Source of the DNA: Chthoniobacteraceae bacterium
Lineage (GTDB): Bacteria; Verrucomicrobiota; Verrucomicrobiia; Chthoniobacterales; Chthoniobacteraceae
DNA: 59,183 nt
Assembly: GCA_031409335.1 (NCBI GenBank)
Contig: JANNWY010000230.1
Coordinates: 1-59,183 of the forward strand
Direction of reading: 5' to 3'
Within the stretch, counting starts at the first letter, position 1. Each line of letters opens with the position of its first letter. This document shows, piece by piece, positions 1 to 8,715 of this stretch. A program made the position numbers and the translations under genes. The notes under the pieces are model-generated. The model worked only from the letters and a program-made list of their open reading frames with translations, made no database searches and was not told the origin of the DNA.

Positions 1-1
1 G

Positions 2-673
2 GTGAAGTGGAACGCCGGAGCCTTCAACCACTGGCTGCGCGCGGGCGGCATCCTCTCGTGCGGAAAACATTTCCCCGGCTACTCCCGCGCGCCGCTCGAC
101 GCCCATCACGAACTCCCCACCATCGCCCTCAGCCGCGCCGAACTCGACGCGCACGAACTCGCCGTCTTCCGCCACTTCGCGACCGGCCCCGGTGCGGTCG
201 ATTCCATGATGATCGGCCACGCCTTTTATCCCGCGCTGGAGGAAACGCAGACGCCGTCTTCGCTCTCGCACCGCGTCATCACCGATCTGCTCCGCGGCGA
301 ACTCGGCTTTCGCGGCCTCATCATGACCGACGACCTCGACATGGGCGCGATCCTGAATCACTACGGCCTCGAAGAAACCATCCGCCTCGCGATCACCGCC
401 GGGAATGACATCGCGATGATCTGCCACCGCGTGAACGTCGTCGAAGAAGCGCTCGGCCATTTGGAAAAAGTCCCGCGGGCTGACCTTGATCGCGCGCTCG
501 CCAGCGTTGCCGCCTTCAAAAAGAAACTCGCGCCGCCCGATGCGTTTTCGGAGGCGGAATTCCGCCGCCGCGATGCGAAAGTGTACGACCTGCGAGTCGC
601 CACGCTCGGCCCCGAACTCGCCGCCCAGCGCAGCCCCGAAGACGGCAAACGCTCGCCGGTGGAGATCTACTGA
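2..673 (+). CDS. nagZ: Glycoside hydrolase family 3 beta-N-acetylhexosaminidase (NagZ-like), 5'-partial
   Basis: KHFPG...DAHHELP and MTDDLDMGAI motifs; ORF runs in from the window edge. Confidence 0.85.
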   Translation: MKWNAGAFNHWLRAGGILSCGKHFPGYSRAPLDAHHELPTIALSRAELDAHELAVFRHFATGPGAVDSMMIGHAFYPALEETQTPSSLSHRVITDLLRGELGFRGLIMTDDLDMGAILNHYGLEETIRLAITAGNDIAMICHRVNVVEEALGHLEKVPRADLDRALASVAAFKKKLAPPDAFSEAEFRRRDAKVYDLRVATLGPELAAQRSPEDGKRSPVEIY

Positions 674-832
674 CCACAGTTCCGCATCATCCTCACCAAC
701 GCGGTGAAACACGTGACCGATGTCGAGAGCTACTACGACCGGCGCATCCAGTCGGCCATCAACATCCAGGGAAAAAAGATACGGCAGCGGGCAGAGTTCC
801 TTTTGACACGCGCCCTCCGGCAAGCGGGCTGA
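674..832 (+). pseudogene. Start-less coding fragment (PQFRIILTNAVKHVTDVESYYDRRIQSAINIQGKKIRQRAEFLLTRALRQAG*), possibly the C-terminus of a phage-type protein
   Basis: Own translation; in frame directly after the nagZ TGA; protein-like codon usage; family assignment is only a resemblance. Confidence 0.3.
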
Positions 833-904
833 AAGTAACCGGCCCCGTAAACCGCAGCCTGCTTCGCCTTCGTGGCAGGCTTCGCCATCAACGCAAACTT
901 CACC

Positions 905-1090
905 CCTCGCGCGGTCGAGTTGCTCGTCGCGCACCCAATGAGCGGGATCCCGGTCTTCCAACTTGGCGGCAAGTTTGTCCCAATAGCCCGCCTCGCGCTC
1001 CCGGCCAAGCGCCACCAGATGGCTGATCAATTCACGGCGCTCTAAATCGGAAAGGACGGAGGCTTCGGATTTCAATTGTTGGAGGCTCAT
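905..1090 (-). pseudogene. Small antitoxin-like gene that has lost its stop codon
   Basis: ATG at 1090 reads MSLQQLKSEASVLSDLERRELISHLVALGREREAGYWDKLAAKLEDRDPAHWVRDEQLDRA, then continues without a stop into unrelated antisense sequence; absent from the ORF track. Confidence 0.5.
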
Positions 1091-1235
1091 GTTCGGATGA
1101 TTTTGAAAGTAATGCAGTCCCTCCGAATTAACGCAGTCGGTGGAATGAGGCAAGAGCCAGGCAATGATGGGCAATCGGTCGCGCCGTATCGGGCCCCACG
1201 CGGCAACGCTTCCAGGGCCGGAAGTCGTGTGCGAT

Positions 1236-1436
1236 TTAAGCATTCGGCCAGTCGCGACACTGCCCGGCGCTGGATTCACGCCCAGCTTCCTCCATCTTGC
1301 AGTCGAACTTTCCCTCGGTGGCCATTTGCCGGTCCCATTCGTCGTCGGGCCAGCTTTGCAGCATGGCGTTGAGTTCGCAGCGTTCCTGCCAGGTGAGCGC
1401 GTCAATCTGAGTTTTGATTTCCTCGACTTTCGACAT
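1236..1436 (-). CDS. Small acidic antitoxin-like protein (66 aa) of the type found upstream of RelE/HigB-like toxins
   Basis: MSKVEEIKTQIDAL...DDEWDRQM...GKFD pattern; ATG at 1436 preferred over the ORF-track start. Confidence 0.6.
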   Translation of the reverse strand: MSKVEEIKTQIDALTWQERCELNAMLQSWPDDEWDRQMATEGKFDCKMEEAGRESSAGQCRDWPNA

Positions 1437-1452
1437 GCGTTCAGGATATGAG

Positions 1453-1625
1453 GCACCGGCGGTGATGGCAACGGTGGCGTTGTCGCTTCTGACTTGCGTG
1501 GTGGCGGCTTTCATCTCGGTGCGGATGATTTTCAACCTCGATCCGGTGGTGGTCTTCCGGCAATGAGCCTGCGCTTCGACATCGGCAATTGCTTCGGTCT
1601 TGGGGCGGCCAGAATAGGTGCTCGC
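1453..1625 (+). pseudogene. Remnant of an ABC transporter permease C-terminus / ATPase N-terminus junction
   Basis: ...LSLLTCVVAAFISVRMIFNLDPVVVFRQ* (TGA 1564-1566) overlapped ATGA by MSLRFDIGNCFGLGAARIGA; DPxxVFR end is typical of DevC/FtsX-type permeases. Confidence 0.45.
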
Positions 1626-2066
1626 TCAGGGGCCGACCGGGATCGCTTTCCGGCACTCGCTTAAAAACTCCAACGGCTCGCAAATGGTGACCTCTTCGGC
1701 GTAGTAGGGTCGGAGCGAGATGAGGTGTGGATCGTAGCTAACGAGATGGGTGGCGTCGCCGTTGAGCGCGCAAAGGAGGAAGGCGATGTCGTCTGCATCC
1801 GCGGGATAGTGGCGCAGATGGAAGAACTCGATGCGCACGACTTCGCCGAGCTGGATCACGCGGGCGAGGAAGCGCGTCATCACCGCCGCGGGCACGCCGG
1901 TTTCGATGAGCTTTTCCGCGTATTCGAGCAGGACATCGGGCGTGTGCAGGAGGGTGAACTGGCCGGCTTCCCAACGATCCACGATCTCGGCGTTCGGGCT
2001 GCCGGGCTGGAGGGCATGGTGTGCGGCGAGGATGACGTTCGTATCCAGCACCGCGCGGACGGCCAT
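1626..2066 (-). CDS. PIN-domain toxin (putative TA system toxin)
   Basis: VLDTNVI N-terminus, DADD..FL..A and LVSYDPHL motifs. Confidence 0.85.
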   Translation of the reverse strand: MAVRAVLDTNVILAAHHALQPGSPNAEIVDRWEAGQFTLLHTPDVLLEYAEKLIETGVPAAVMTRFLARVIQLGEVVRIEFFHLRHYPADADDIAFLLCALNGDATHLVSYDPHLISLRPYYAEEVTICEPLEFLSECRKAIPVGP

Positions 2067-2069
2067 GCT

Positions 2070-2330
2070 TCAGAGGTGTTTGCCGATTTCCTCGCGCGCC
2101 TCGCGTAATTCCCGAAAGGTCTGCTCGCGGGAGAGGCCCTCTACGCGCAGCCGCGCGGCCTCGGCCGAGGCTCCGGCCAGGATGGTCTGCGCCTCGGGGC
2201 TGTAGCGCCGGCCACGCCATTCTTCGAGGGCAGCCTGGTTGCGAAGGAACTCCGCCACGCGCTGGCCGAGGTCGGGAATAGAGCGGACGCGATCTTCAAT
2301 GTCCGGTGGCAGATCAATCGTGATGCTCAT
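2070..2330 (-). CDS. Putative antitoxin paired with the PIN toxin
   Basis: 86 aa, MSITIDLPPDIE start, ends 3 nt before the toxin start. Confidence 0.7.
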   Translation of the reverse strand: MSITIDLPPDIEDRVRSIPDLGQRVAEFLRNQAALEEWRGRRYSPEAQTILAGASAEAARLRVEGLSREQTFRELREAREEIGKHL

Positions 2331-2339
2331 GGGCGGAGG

Positions 2340-3941
2340 CTACGAAATAAGACGGCGTTGTGCAACGCGGTCTTTGCGATGGGATAAGGTGCGTTTGACC
2401 GTGATGATCGCAGCGCCAAGTAAGATCATTGCGACGCTGCCTGGCTCCGGCACGGGCTGTATGGGCGCCGGGAGATTTGGAGTGGCAGATGAAAGAATGG
2501 CGGTCGCATTGGCGCCGATGTCGAGGGCGGCGAGGGCTTGGTTGACGGTGAAGACGACTTGGGCGCTGGCGTGGATGTTCACGGTCCCGGCGTCGAAGGG
2601 TGAACTGAGGATCACGGTGCCGGCATCTGCTACCAAGTTTTCATAATCCTGCGTGGCGGCGATGGTCAGGATTCCGGTCCCGATCTTTGTGAGGGTTGTT
2701 CCGGTGAGGACATTTTCCGGACCGATGCCGATGTCGAATCCGTTCGTATCGATAGCCAGGCTGCTTGCGCTAAAATCAATCGCGGAATGCGAGCCCACTC
2801 CGGTGAATCCGCGCAGGAATTGCGGTTCGGAACGATTGGCGCGCAACGTGCCGGTGGTGATGCTGAAGGCGGCGGAGCCACTGCTCGCTTCGAGATACGC
2901 GGTCTGAATGATGCCACTGCGCAAATTGACTACGCCGGTGCCGCCACCTTCGCCGATGACTACCCGTTCGTTACTGACTAGACTAGCCGTCTCGACATGG
3001 AGCGTCGCGCTTCCGCCATTCCGGCCAACATAGACGCTGGCGGCCTGGAATGAGCCCGCCGCGATCGTGGCGGTGCCAGTCGCATTCGCGACACCCAACA
3101 CGAACTCGCCGACTCCGCTCACCGTTCCACGGGAGACGAGATTGCCCGTGGCTCCGAGAAAATCACCGATGTGAACGTGGCCGCCTGCACTCACGAGCTG
3201 GCCGCCCGCTGCGATCGTCAGCACTCCGGTGCCGCCTGCTTCACCGACAAAGATTGTGCCTGTTCCCTGAATCAGTTTGCCGTCTGAATGGATGACGAGC
3301 GTGCCGTTTCCACCGGCGCTGCTGAGCGCGCTCGTGCCGATCCCGAGCCGCGCGCCCGTGGCTTGCCCACCGGCAGTGAGATCCAGCAGCGCGCTGGCGG
3401 CGGGCCCGAGGTTGTCGCCGAGGTGGAGCACGCCCATGTTTCCGTCCAAACCAACGCCGATGCCGCCGCCCAGGATGGTTGCACCAGGGCCAATCCGCAG
3501 AGTCCCATCGGCGATGACGGCCATTCCATCTCCAGACGTACTTCCGTTCACCGAGCCCCCAATGATGAGGCCAAACGCTGCGCCGGTATCGAAGAGCCCG
3601 CCATCTTGAATGCGCAAAGTTCCGGACGGCATCGCTCCCGCGCCGTCGCCGATGATGATTGGCGTGGAAAGGCCGGACTGAGTGAGGCTGCCGGGGCCGA
3701 TGGTGATCGAGTGCTTGTTCGCCGCGGCGAGATAGCCGGAAGAGCTGCCCCCGTCGTAGTCGATCACGTGATTCGCGACGGTAACATTATTTGCACCGAA
3801 GGGGTCCGGCACTCCTGACGGACTCCAATTGCCGGAGCTGCTCCAAGTTCCCGAACTGCCCGACTGAAAATCCATCGCGCTTGCGACAACAGGGAGCAAA
3901 ACACCAAGTAGAGCACGTGAGATACGTTGCGTGGGGGCCAT
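2340..3941 (-). CDS. Gly-rich beta-helical PEP-CTERM surface protein with an autotransporter-associated beta-strand repeat
   Basis: Signal peptide, LTKIGTGILTI repeat, C-terminal VPEP + hydrophobic helix + basic tail. Confidence 0.8.
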   Translation of the reverse strand: MAPTQRISRALLGVLLPVVASAMDFQSGSSGTWSSSGNWSPSGVPDPFGANNVTVANHVIDYDGGSSSGYLAAANKHSITIGPGSLTQSGLSTPIIIGDGAGAMPSGTLRIQDGGLFDTGAAFGLIIGGSVNGSTSGDGMAVIADGTLRIGPGATILGGGIGVGLDGNMGVLHLGDNLGPAASALLDLTAGGQATGARLGIGTSALSSAGGNGTLVIHSDGKLIQGTGTIFVGEAGGTGVLTIAAGGQLVSAGGHVHIGDFLGATGNLVSRGTVSGVGEFVLGVANATGTATIAAGSFQAASVYVGRNGGSATLHVETASLVSNERVVIGEGGGTGVVNLRSGIIQTAYLEASSGSAAFSITTGTLRANRSEPQFLRGFTGVGSHSAIDFSASSLAIDTNGFDIGIGPENVLTGTTLTKIGTGILTIAATQDYENLVADAGTVILSSPFDAGTVNIHASAQVVFTVNQALAALDIGANATAILSSATPNLPAPIQPVPEPGSVAMILLGAAIITVKRTLSHRKDRVAQRRLIS

Positions 3942-4098
3942 GTCGGAATCGTGTCAGATCGCGCGCCGATTGAGAACTTCAATCCGGGCATAGACATCAA
4001 CGCGCAGCGAGTTCCTCTGAGATGCAGGCAGAACTTGCGCGATGCCTTCCGCGTGCGGCACAGTCTTGCGCGGCTGACCGCATTTTAAAAATCACCTC

Positions 4099-4938
4099 AT
4101 GGGTATCTTCAACAAACCTCCTTTCTCCGGCGATGGTGGCAAACGCAATCTCCCCGAGGGGCTCTGGCAGAAGTGCCCGAGCTGCGGGGAGATCATTCAC
4201 AATCTGGAATTGCAGCAGAATTTTCGTGTGTGTCCAAAGTGCGATCACCACTTCACGCAGAGCGCGCTCGAGCGGATCGACATGCTGTGCGACGACGATA
4301 GCTTCACCGAGCACGACAAAAATATGGCGTCGGTCGATACGCTCAAATTCACCGGGATGGCGAGCTACACGGACCGGCTGAAGAGTTACCAAAAGAAGAC
4401 CGGGCTGAAGGATGCCGTGATCACGGGACTCGGCAAAATTGACGGTCAGCCGCTCGCGCTCGCAGTGATGGATTTCAATTTCATCGCGGCCACGATGGGC
4501 TCGGTGGTTGGGGAAAAACTCACGCGCATCATCGAGCGCGGGACGAAGGACAAGCTGCCGGTCGTCATCGTCTCCGCATCGGGCGGCGCGCGGATGTACG
4601 AGGGCGTGCTTTCGCTGATGCAGATGGCGAAAACATGCGGCGCGCTCGCGCTCCATGCGCAGGCAAAGCTGCCTTATATTTCCGTGATGACGCATCCGAC
4701 GACGGGCGGCGTCAGCGCGAGCTTCGCGACGATCGGCGATGTGAACATGGCGGAGCCAAAGGCGATGATCGGTTTCGCCGGACCGCGCGTGATCAAGGAG
4801 ACGACGCATCAGGATTTGCCGCCGAATTTTCAGACCGCAGAATTTCTCGAGGAGCACGGTCTCATCGACATCATCGTGCATCGGAAAAAAATGCGCGAGA
4901 CGTTGAGCCAGCTCATCCAGTATCTCGCGCCAAAGTAG
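4099..4938 (+). CDS. accD: Acetyl-CoA carboxylase carboxyltransferase beta subunit
   Basis: LWQKCPSC...CPKC zinc finger, MGSVVGEK, SGGARMYEG, PTTGGVSASFA, IGFAGPRVI. Confidence 0.97.
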   Translation: MGIFNKPPFSGDGGKRNLPEGLWQKCPSCGEIIHNLELQQNFRVCPKCDHHFTQSALERIDMLCDDDSFTEHDKNMASVDTLKFTGMASYTDRLKSYQKKTGLKDAVITGLGKIDGQPLALAVMDFNFIAATMGSVVGEKLTRIIERGTKDKLPVVIVSASGGARMYEGVLSLMQMAKTCGALALHAQAKLPYISVMTHPTTGGVSASFATIGDVNMAEPKAMIGFAGPRVIKETTHQDLPPNFQTAEFLEEHGLIDIIVHRKKMRETLSQLIQYLAPK

Positions 4939-5183
4939 GCGGGGTTTTCAACCCCGTGCAGCCTGCCAGGCAAAAGGCAACACCGCGCGGAAGCGTGGTT
5001 GGTCCCGAGGCAAATCCAAAACTCGACTGTCGAAATCCGAAATCAATCCGATCGAAGTGAATTCTTGAAACTGCTTTTTCAGCGCCTTGCAGCGCTATTT
5101 TTTTTTGCGCCAAACATTTTGAATTGCGGCTGCTGCTCTGCGCCGGGGCGGACCGACCGCGCGGGGTTGGAAACCCCGCCTAC
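4935..5183. repeat. Inverted GTAG-type REP doublet (REPIN-like)
   Basis: GTAGGCGGGGTTTTCAACCCCG (4935-4956) and CGGGGTTGGAAACCCCGCCTAC (5162-5183) are reverse complements with one mismatch; each arm is itself a hairpin. Confidence 0.8.
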
Positions 5184-5195
5184 TTTGGCTTTGCG

Positions 5196-6413
5196 ATGAA
5201 TTTTGCTGAAGCGGTCGAGTGGCTCTACGGCACACAGGTCCACGGAATCCGGCCGGGTCTCGATACCACATGGCGGCTCGTGGGCGCGCTCGGCGTCGAT
5301 CCGGCGCGGATGAAATTCATCCACGTCGCGGGCACGAACGGCAAGGGCTCGGTGTGCGCGATGCTCGATGCGATTTGCCGCGTGGCTGGTTTGAAGACGG
5401 GCCTTTTTACGTCGCCGCACCTCGTCACGTTTCGCGAGCGCATCCGCGTCGATGGCGAGATGATCGGCGAAGCCGAAGTCGCCGCGCGCCTGACCGCGAT
5501 TCACAAACTCTCCGCCGGGTGGAATCCCGCGCCGACCTTTTTTGAAATCACCACGGCACTGGCGCTGGCGCATTTTCAAAATGCGGGAGCGCAAATCGTC
5601 GTGCTCGAAACCGGCATGGGCGGGCGGCTCGATTCGACGAATATCGTGACGCCGCTCGTATCGGTGCTCACGCCGATCGAGTTCGATCACGAGCGCTGGC
5701 TCGGCGCGACGCTTGCCGAGATCGCCGCGGAGAAAGCGGGGATCATCAAGGCGTTCATCCCCGTCGTCTCCGCGCCGCAGCCGGAGGAAGTCGCCGCCGT
5801 CATCAAGCATACCGCCTCGGAGCGGAGATCGCTGCTGCACGAGGTTCGCGAGCCAATGGAAAATGTGCCGATCGGCCTCGCCGGTCGCTACCAGCGCTGG
5901 AACGCCGCGCTTGCCGTCCACGCGCTCGATCATGCGCGGCTCGATATTCCGCTCGATGCCATCACCCGCGGCCTCGCCGAAGTCACCTGGCCCGGCCGTT
6001 TCCAAAAGATCGGCGACCGCATGATCCTCGACGGCGCGCACAATCCCGCCGCTGCCCGGTGCCTCGTGGAAACGTGGCGCGAAGTTTTCGGCGACGAAAA
6101 GGCGACTCTCGTGCTTGGCATCTTGCAGGACAAAAATCTGCGCGGCATCTGCGAGACGCTCATGCCCATCGCCGCCCGCATCATCGCCGTCACCGTGCAA
6201 AATCCGCGAAGCGCCTCGGCGGAAAAACTCTGCGAAACGGCGCGCAGCATCGACTCGAATTTCCCCTGCCTCCCCGCTGCCTCGCTGTGCGGAGCCCTCG
6301 CCAGCGCGAACACGTATTCCGAACCGATCCTCGTCGCAGGCTCGCTCTTCCTCGTGGGAGCGATGCTCGCGTTTCTACACGACGAAAAACCGGGCGAAGT
6401 GAGCGCGCAGTAG
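5196..6413 (+). CDS. folC: Folylpolyglutamate/dihydrofolate synthase
   Basis: IHVAGTNGKGS, FTSPHL, ETGMGGRLDSTN, WPGRF, LDGAHN, GSLFLVG; ATG at 5196. Confidence 0.95.
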   Translation: MNFAEAVEWLYGTQVHGIRPGLDTTWRLVGALGVDPARMKFIHVAGTNGKGSVCAMLDAICRVAGLKTGLFTSPHLVTFRERIRVDGEMIGEAEVAARLTAIHKLSAGWNPAPTFFEITTALALAHFQNAGAQIVVLETGMGGRLDSTNIVTPLVSVLTPIEFDHERWLGATLAEIAAEKAGIIKAFIPVVSAPQPEEVAAVIKHTASERRSLLHEVREPMENVPIGLAGRYQRWNAALAVHALDHARLDIPLDAITRGLAEVTWPGRFQKIGDRMILDGAHNPAAARCLVETWREVFGDEKATLVLGILQDKNLRGICETLMPIAARIIAVTVQNPRSASAEKLCETARSIDSNFPCLPAASLCGALASANTYSEPILVAGSLFLVGAMLAFLHDEKPGEVSAQ

Positions 6414-6415
6414 AA

Positions 6416-7063
6416 TCACCCGCGCATCGCTTGAATCGCCGCCGCCATGTCCGCGGCGTGAAACGCGGATGTGCCGGCGACGAGGGTGTCGGCTCCGGCT
6501 TCGGTGGATAACGCGGCGGTCTTGAGGTTGATGCCGCCATCGACTTGGATGCGAAATTTCAGATTGTGCGCGGTGCGAAATGCGGCGGCGGCGCGGACTT
6601 TTTCGAGCATCGGTTCCATGAATGCCTGGCCGCCGAAACCGGGCTCGACCGTCATGACGAGGAAGAGATCGACGTGCGCGAGGAAGGGTTCGATTTCGGA
6701 AAAGGGCGTGCCGGGTTTGAGCGTGATGCCGCAGGTGCGCCCGGCGGCGCGGATGGCGGCGAGCGTTTTTGCGGTGTGATGTTTTGATTCGACGTGGACG
6801 GTGATGTTCGCGGCGCTGCCGAGGAAACGCGGGAGGTAGTGATCGGGGCGGTCGATCATCAGATGCACGTCGAGCGGTTTGGTGGCGACTTTGGCGACTG
6901 CATCCACGAATGCGGGACCGAAGGAAATGTTGTCCACGAAATGGCCGTCCATGACATCGAGGTGGTGCCAGTCGGCGCCGGCGTTTTCCGAGCGGCGGAC
7001 TTCTTCGTGAAGGCGTCCGAAATCGCAGGCGAGGATGGATGGGGTGATGAAGATGGGATGCAC
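6416..7063 (-). CDS. rpe: Ribulose-phosphate 3-epimerase
   Basis: PSILACDF, HLDVMDGHFVDNISFG, MTVEPGFGGQAF, VDGGIN; GTG start inferred at 7063. Confidence 0.95.
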   Translation of the reverse strand: MHPIFITPSILACDFGRLHEEVRRSENAGADWHHLDVMDGHFVDNISFGPAFVDAVAKVATKPLDVHLMIDRPDHYLPRFLGSAANITVHVESKHHTAKTLAAIRAAGRTCGITLKPGTPFSEIEPFLAHVDLFLVMTVEPGFGGQAFMEPMLEKVRAAAAFRTAHNLKFRIQVDGGINLKTAALSTEAGADTLVAGTSAFHAADMAAAIQAMRG

Positions 7064-7122
7064 GGGATTTGAGTGGTGGTGGTTGGGTGGCGCGTTTGCT
7101 GAGGGCAGGCGGTCGATATGAA

Positions 7123-8103
7123 TCAGAGTAACCAGGTCGCCAGCGAGAAGTAGAGCAAGAGGGTGAGGACATCGGCGATGGCGAGGGTGAGTGGACCGGC
7201 GGCGATTTTCGGGTCGAGATTTAGCGCGTGGAGTGCGGTGGGGACGAGGACGCCGGCGAAATTCGAGATGATGACGGCGCCGAGGATCGCTGCGCCGATC
7301 GCGGCCGCGGCGATGGGATTTCCGCGCCAGAGCCACACGATCGCCGCGACGACGCAGGCGCAGCCGATGCCGATGAGCGCGCCGGAACGCAGTTCGCGCC
7401 ACGCGGTTTTCCAAAACCACGCGAACGACGGCTGCGTGGTCCGCAGCGCCTGGAGCGTGAGCGTCATCGACTGAACGCTGACGGATTCCGCCATCGCCAG
7501 GACGAGCGCGAGGAAGAACGAAACGATGATCGCGCGGGCGAGCGTGGCCTCGAAAAATCCGGCGAGCAGCGCGCCCGCGGTGCCGCTCGCGATCGTGGCG
7601 AGGAGCCACGGGAAGCGGACGCGGAAGGCGCGAAAGGGTGAGGCGTCGCGGAGTTCGGAGAGGCGGAAGCCGAGCGCTTCGAAGACGTCGTCCGGTTTTT
7701 CCGGTTCGCCGAGATCGAGCATTTCCTGCGTGAAAACGCTGAGGTCCACCGTGCCCACGACGCAGCGCTTTTCGTCGATGACGGGCAGCGAGAGAAATTT
7801 GTGCATCACGAAAAGATCGCAGGCATCGAGCAGCGTCGCTGTCTTCGGGATCGCCACGACGCGGCGCACCATGATTTCGCAGAGCCGCGCATCGAGTGGG
7901 GCGGTCAGCAGCCGCCGCGTTGGCAGCACGCCGACAAGTCGCGCGTCGCCATCGACGACGTAAAAATAAATGACGCGCTCGCCGATGCCGTGTTCGCGGA
8001 TCAAGGCCAGCGCATCCGCCGCGGCCATGTCATCACGCAGCAGCGGAAAATCCGTGCGGGCGAATTCGACGACGGATTTTTGAAATCGCGACGCTTCCAC
8101 CAT
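7123..8103 (-). CDS. mgtE: MgtE-family magnesium transporter (CBS pair + membrane domain, no N-terminal domain)
   Basis: YFYVVD...LVGV CBS repeat, RFPWLL, LDPKIAAGPLTLAIAD. Confidence 0.85.
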   Translation of the reverse strand: MVEASRFQKSVVEFARTDFPLLRDDMAAADALALIREHGIGERVIYFYVVDGDARLVGVLPTRRLLTAPLDARLCEIMVRRVVAIPKTATLLDACDLFVMHKFLSLPVIDEKRCVVGTVDLSVFTQEMLDLGEPEKPDDVFEALGFRLSELRDASPFRAFRVRFPWLLATIASGTAGALLAGFFEATLARAIIVSFFLALVLAMAESVSVQSMTLTLQALRTTQPSFAWFWKTAWRELRSGALIGIGCACVVAAIVWLWRGNPIAAAAIGAAILGAVIISNFAGVLVPTALHALNLDPKIAAGPLTLAIADVLTLLLYFSLATWLL

Positions 8104-8109
8104 CGCCGC

Positions 8110-8232
8110 TTATACGCCGGGGATGGGCGGCGCGGACCGCCATTGAATGAACCACCAGACCGCCAGGACGATCAGCGCCGTCGCGAGCGCCGCGACGATT
8201 TTTCGCGCGAGCGTCGGTGCGGGCGCGGCCAT
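8110..8232 (-). CDS. 40-aa single-pass membrane small protein
   Basis: MAAPAPTLARKIVAALATALIVLAVWWFIQWRSAPPIPGV*; fills the gap with 6-nt spacers to both same-strand neighbours; below ORF-track cutoff. Confidence 0.6.
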   Translation of the reverse strand: MAAPAPTLARKIVAALATALIVLAVWWFIQWRSAPPIPGV

Positions 8233-8238
8233 CGGCGG

Positions 8239-8526
8239 CTACTCGTCCACGAGCGTGTCGATCTTTTCCGCCAGCTCGAAATCGAGATCCGTCAGCCCGC
8301 CCTCGCTGTGGGTGGAAAGGCGCAGGCGCACCTTGCTGTCGCGGATGTCGATCTCGGGATGATGCTCGTCCTCCTCGGCGATCTCGGCCACGCCGTTCAC
8401 AAACTCGATCGACTGCGAGAAATCATCGAACTCGTAAGTGCGTTCGATGTGTTTCTTTTCGAGATCCCATTCGGGGAGCTTTTTCATCCAGTCTTTGATG
8501 TCTTCGGATTTCAGTAGATCGGCCAT
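8239..8526 (-). CDS. Pterin-4-alpha-carbinolamine dehydratase
   Basis: [10 protein letters not shown] and [17 protein letters not shown] motifs. Confidence 0.9.
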   Translation of the reverse strand: MADLLKSEDIKDWMKKLPEWDLEKKHIERTYEFDDFSQSIEFVNGVAEIAEEDEHHPEIDIRDSKVRLRLSTHSEGGLTDLDFELAEKIDTLVDE

Positions 8527-8715
8527 GGCAGTGGTGAATTTTATTGGTTGGGTGTTGCAGACGTAGCACTCGCGATTCGAGTTTCAAACGTAAAGTCGGC
8601 GCGGAAGTCGCACGCGGCGCGCGCGGTGTCCAGCACGGAAACATCGACCTTGCGAGGCGGCGTGCGGCTGACTACGAATGCAGGACTTTCCACAAAACCA
8701 AATCATCAAAATCCC

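Noticed and set aside
6416..7609. 397-aa extended Rpe and other long N-terminal extensions in the ORF track (folC, cysK, 18495-20429, 20795, 41401)
   Set aside because: Extensions overlap real neighbouring genes or intergenic DNA; family similarity starts at the downstream starts given
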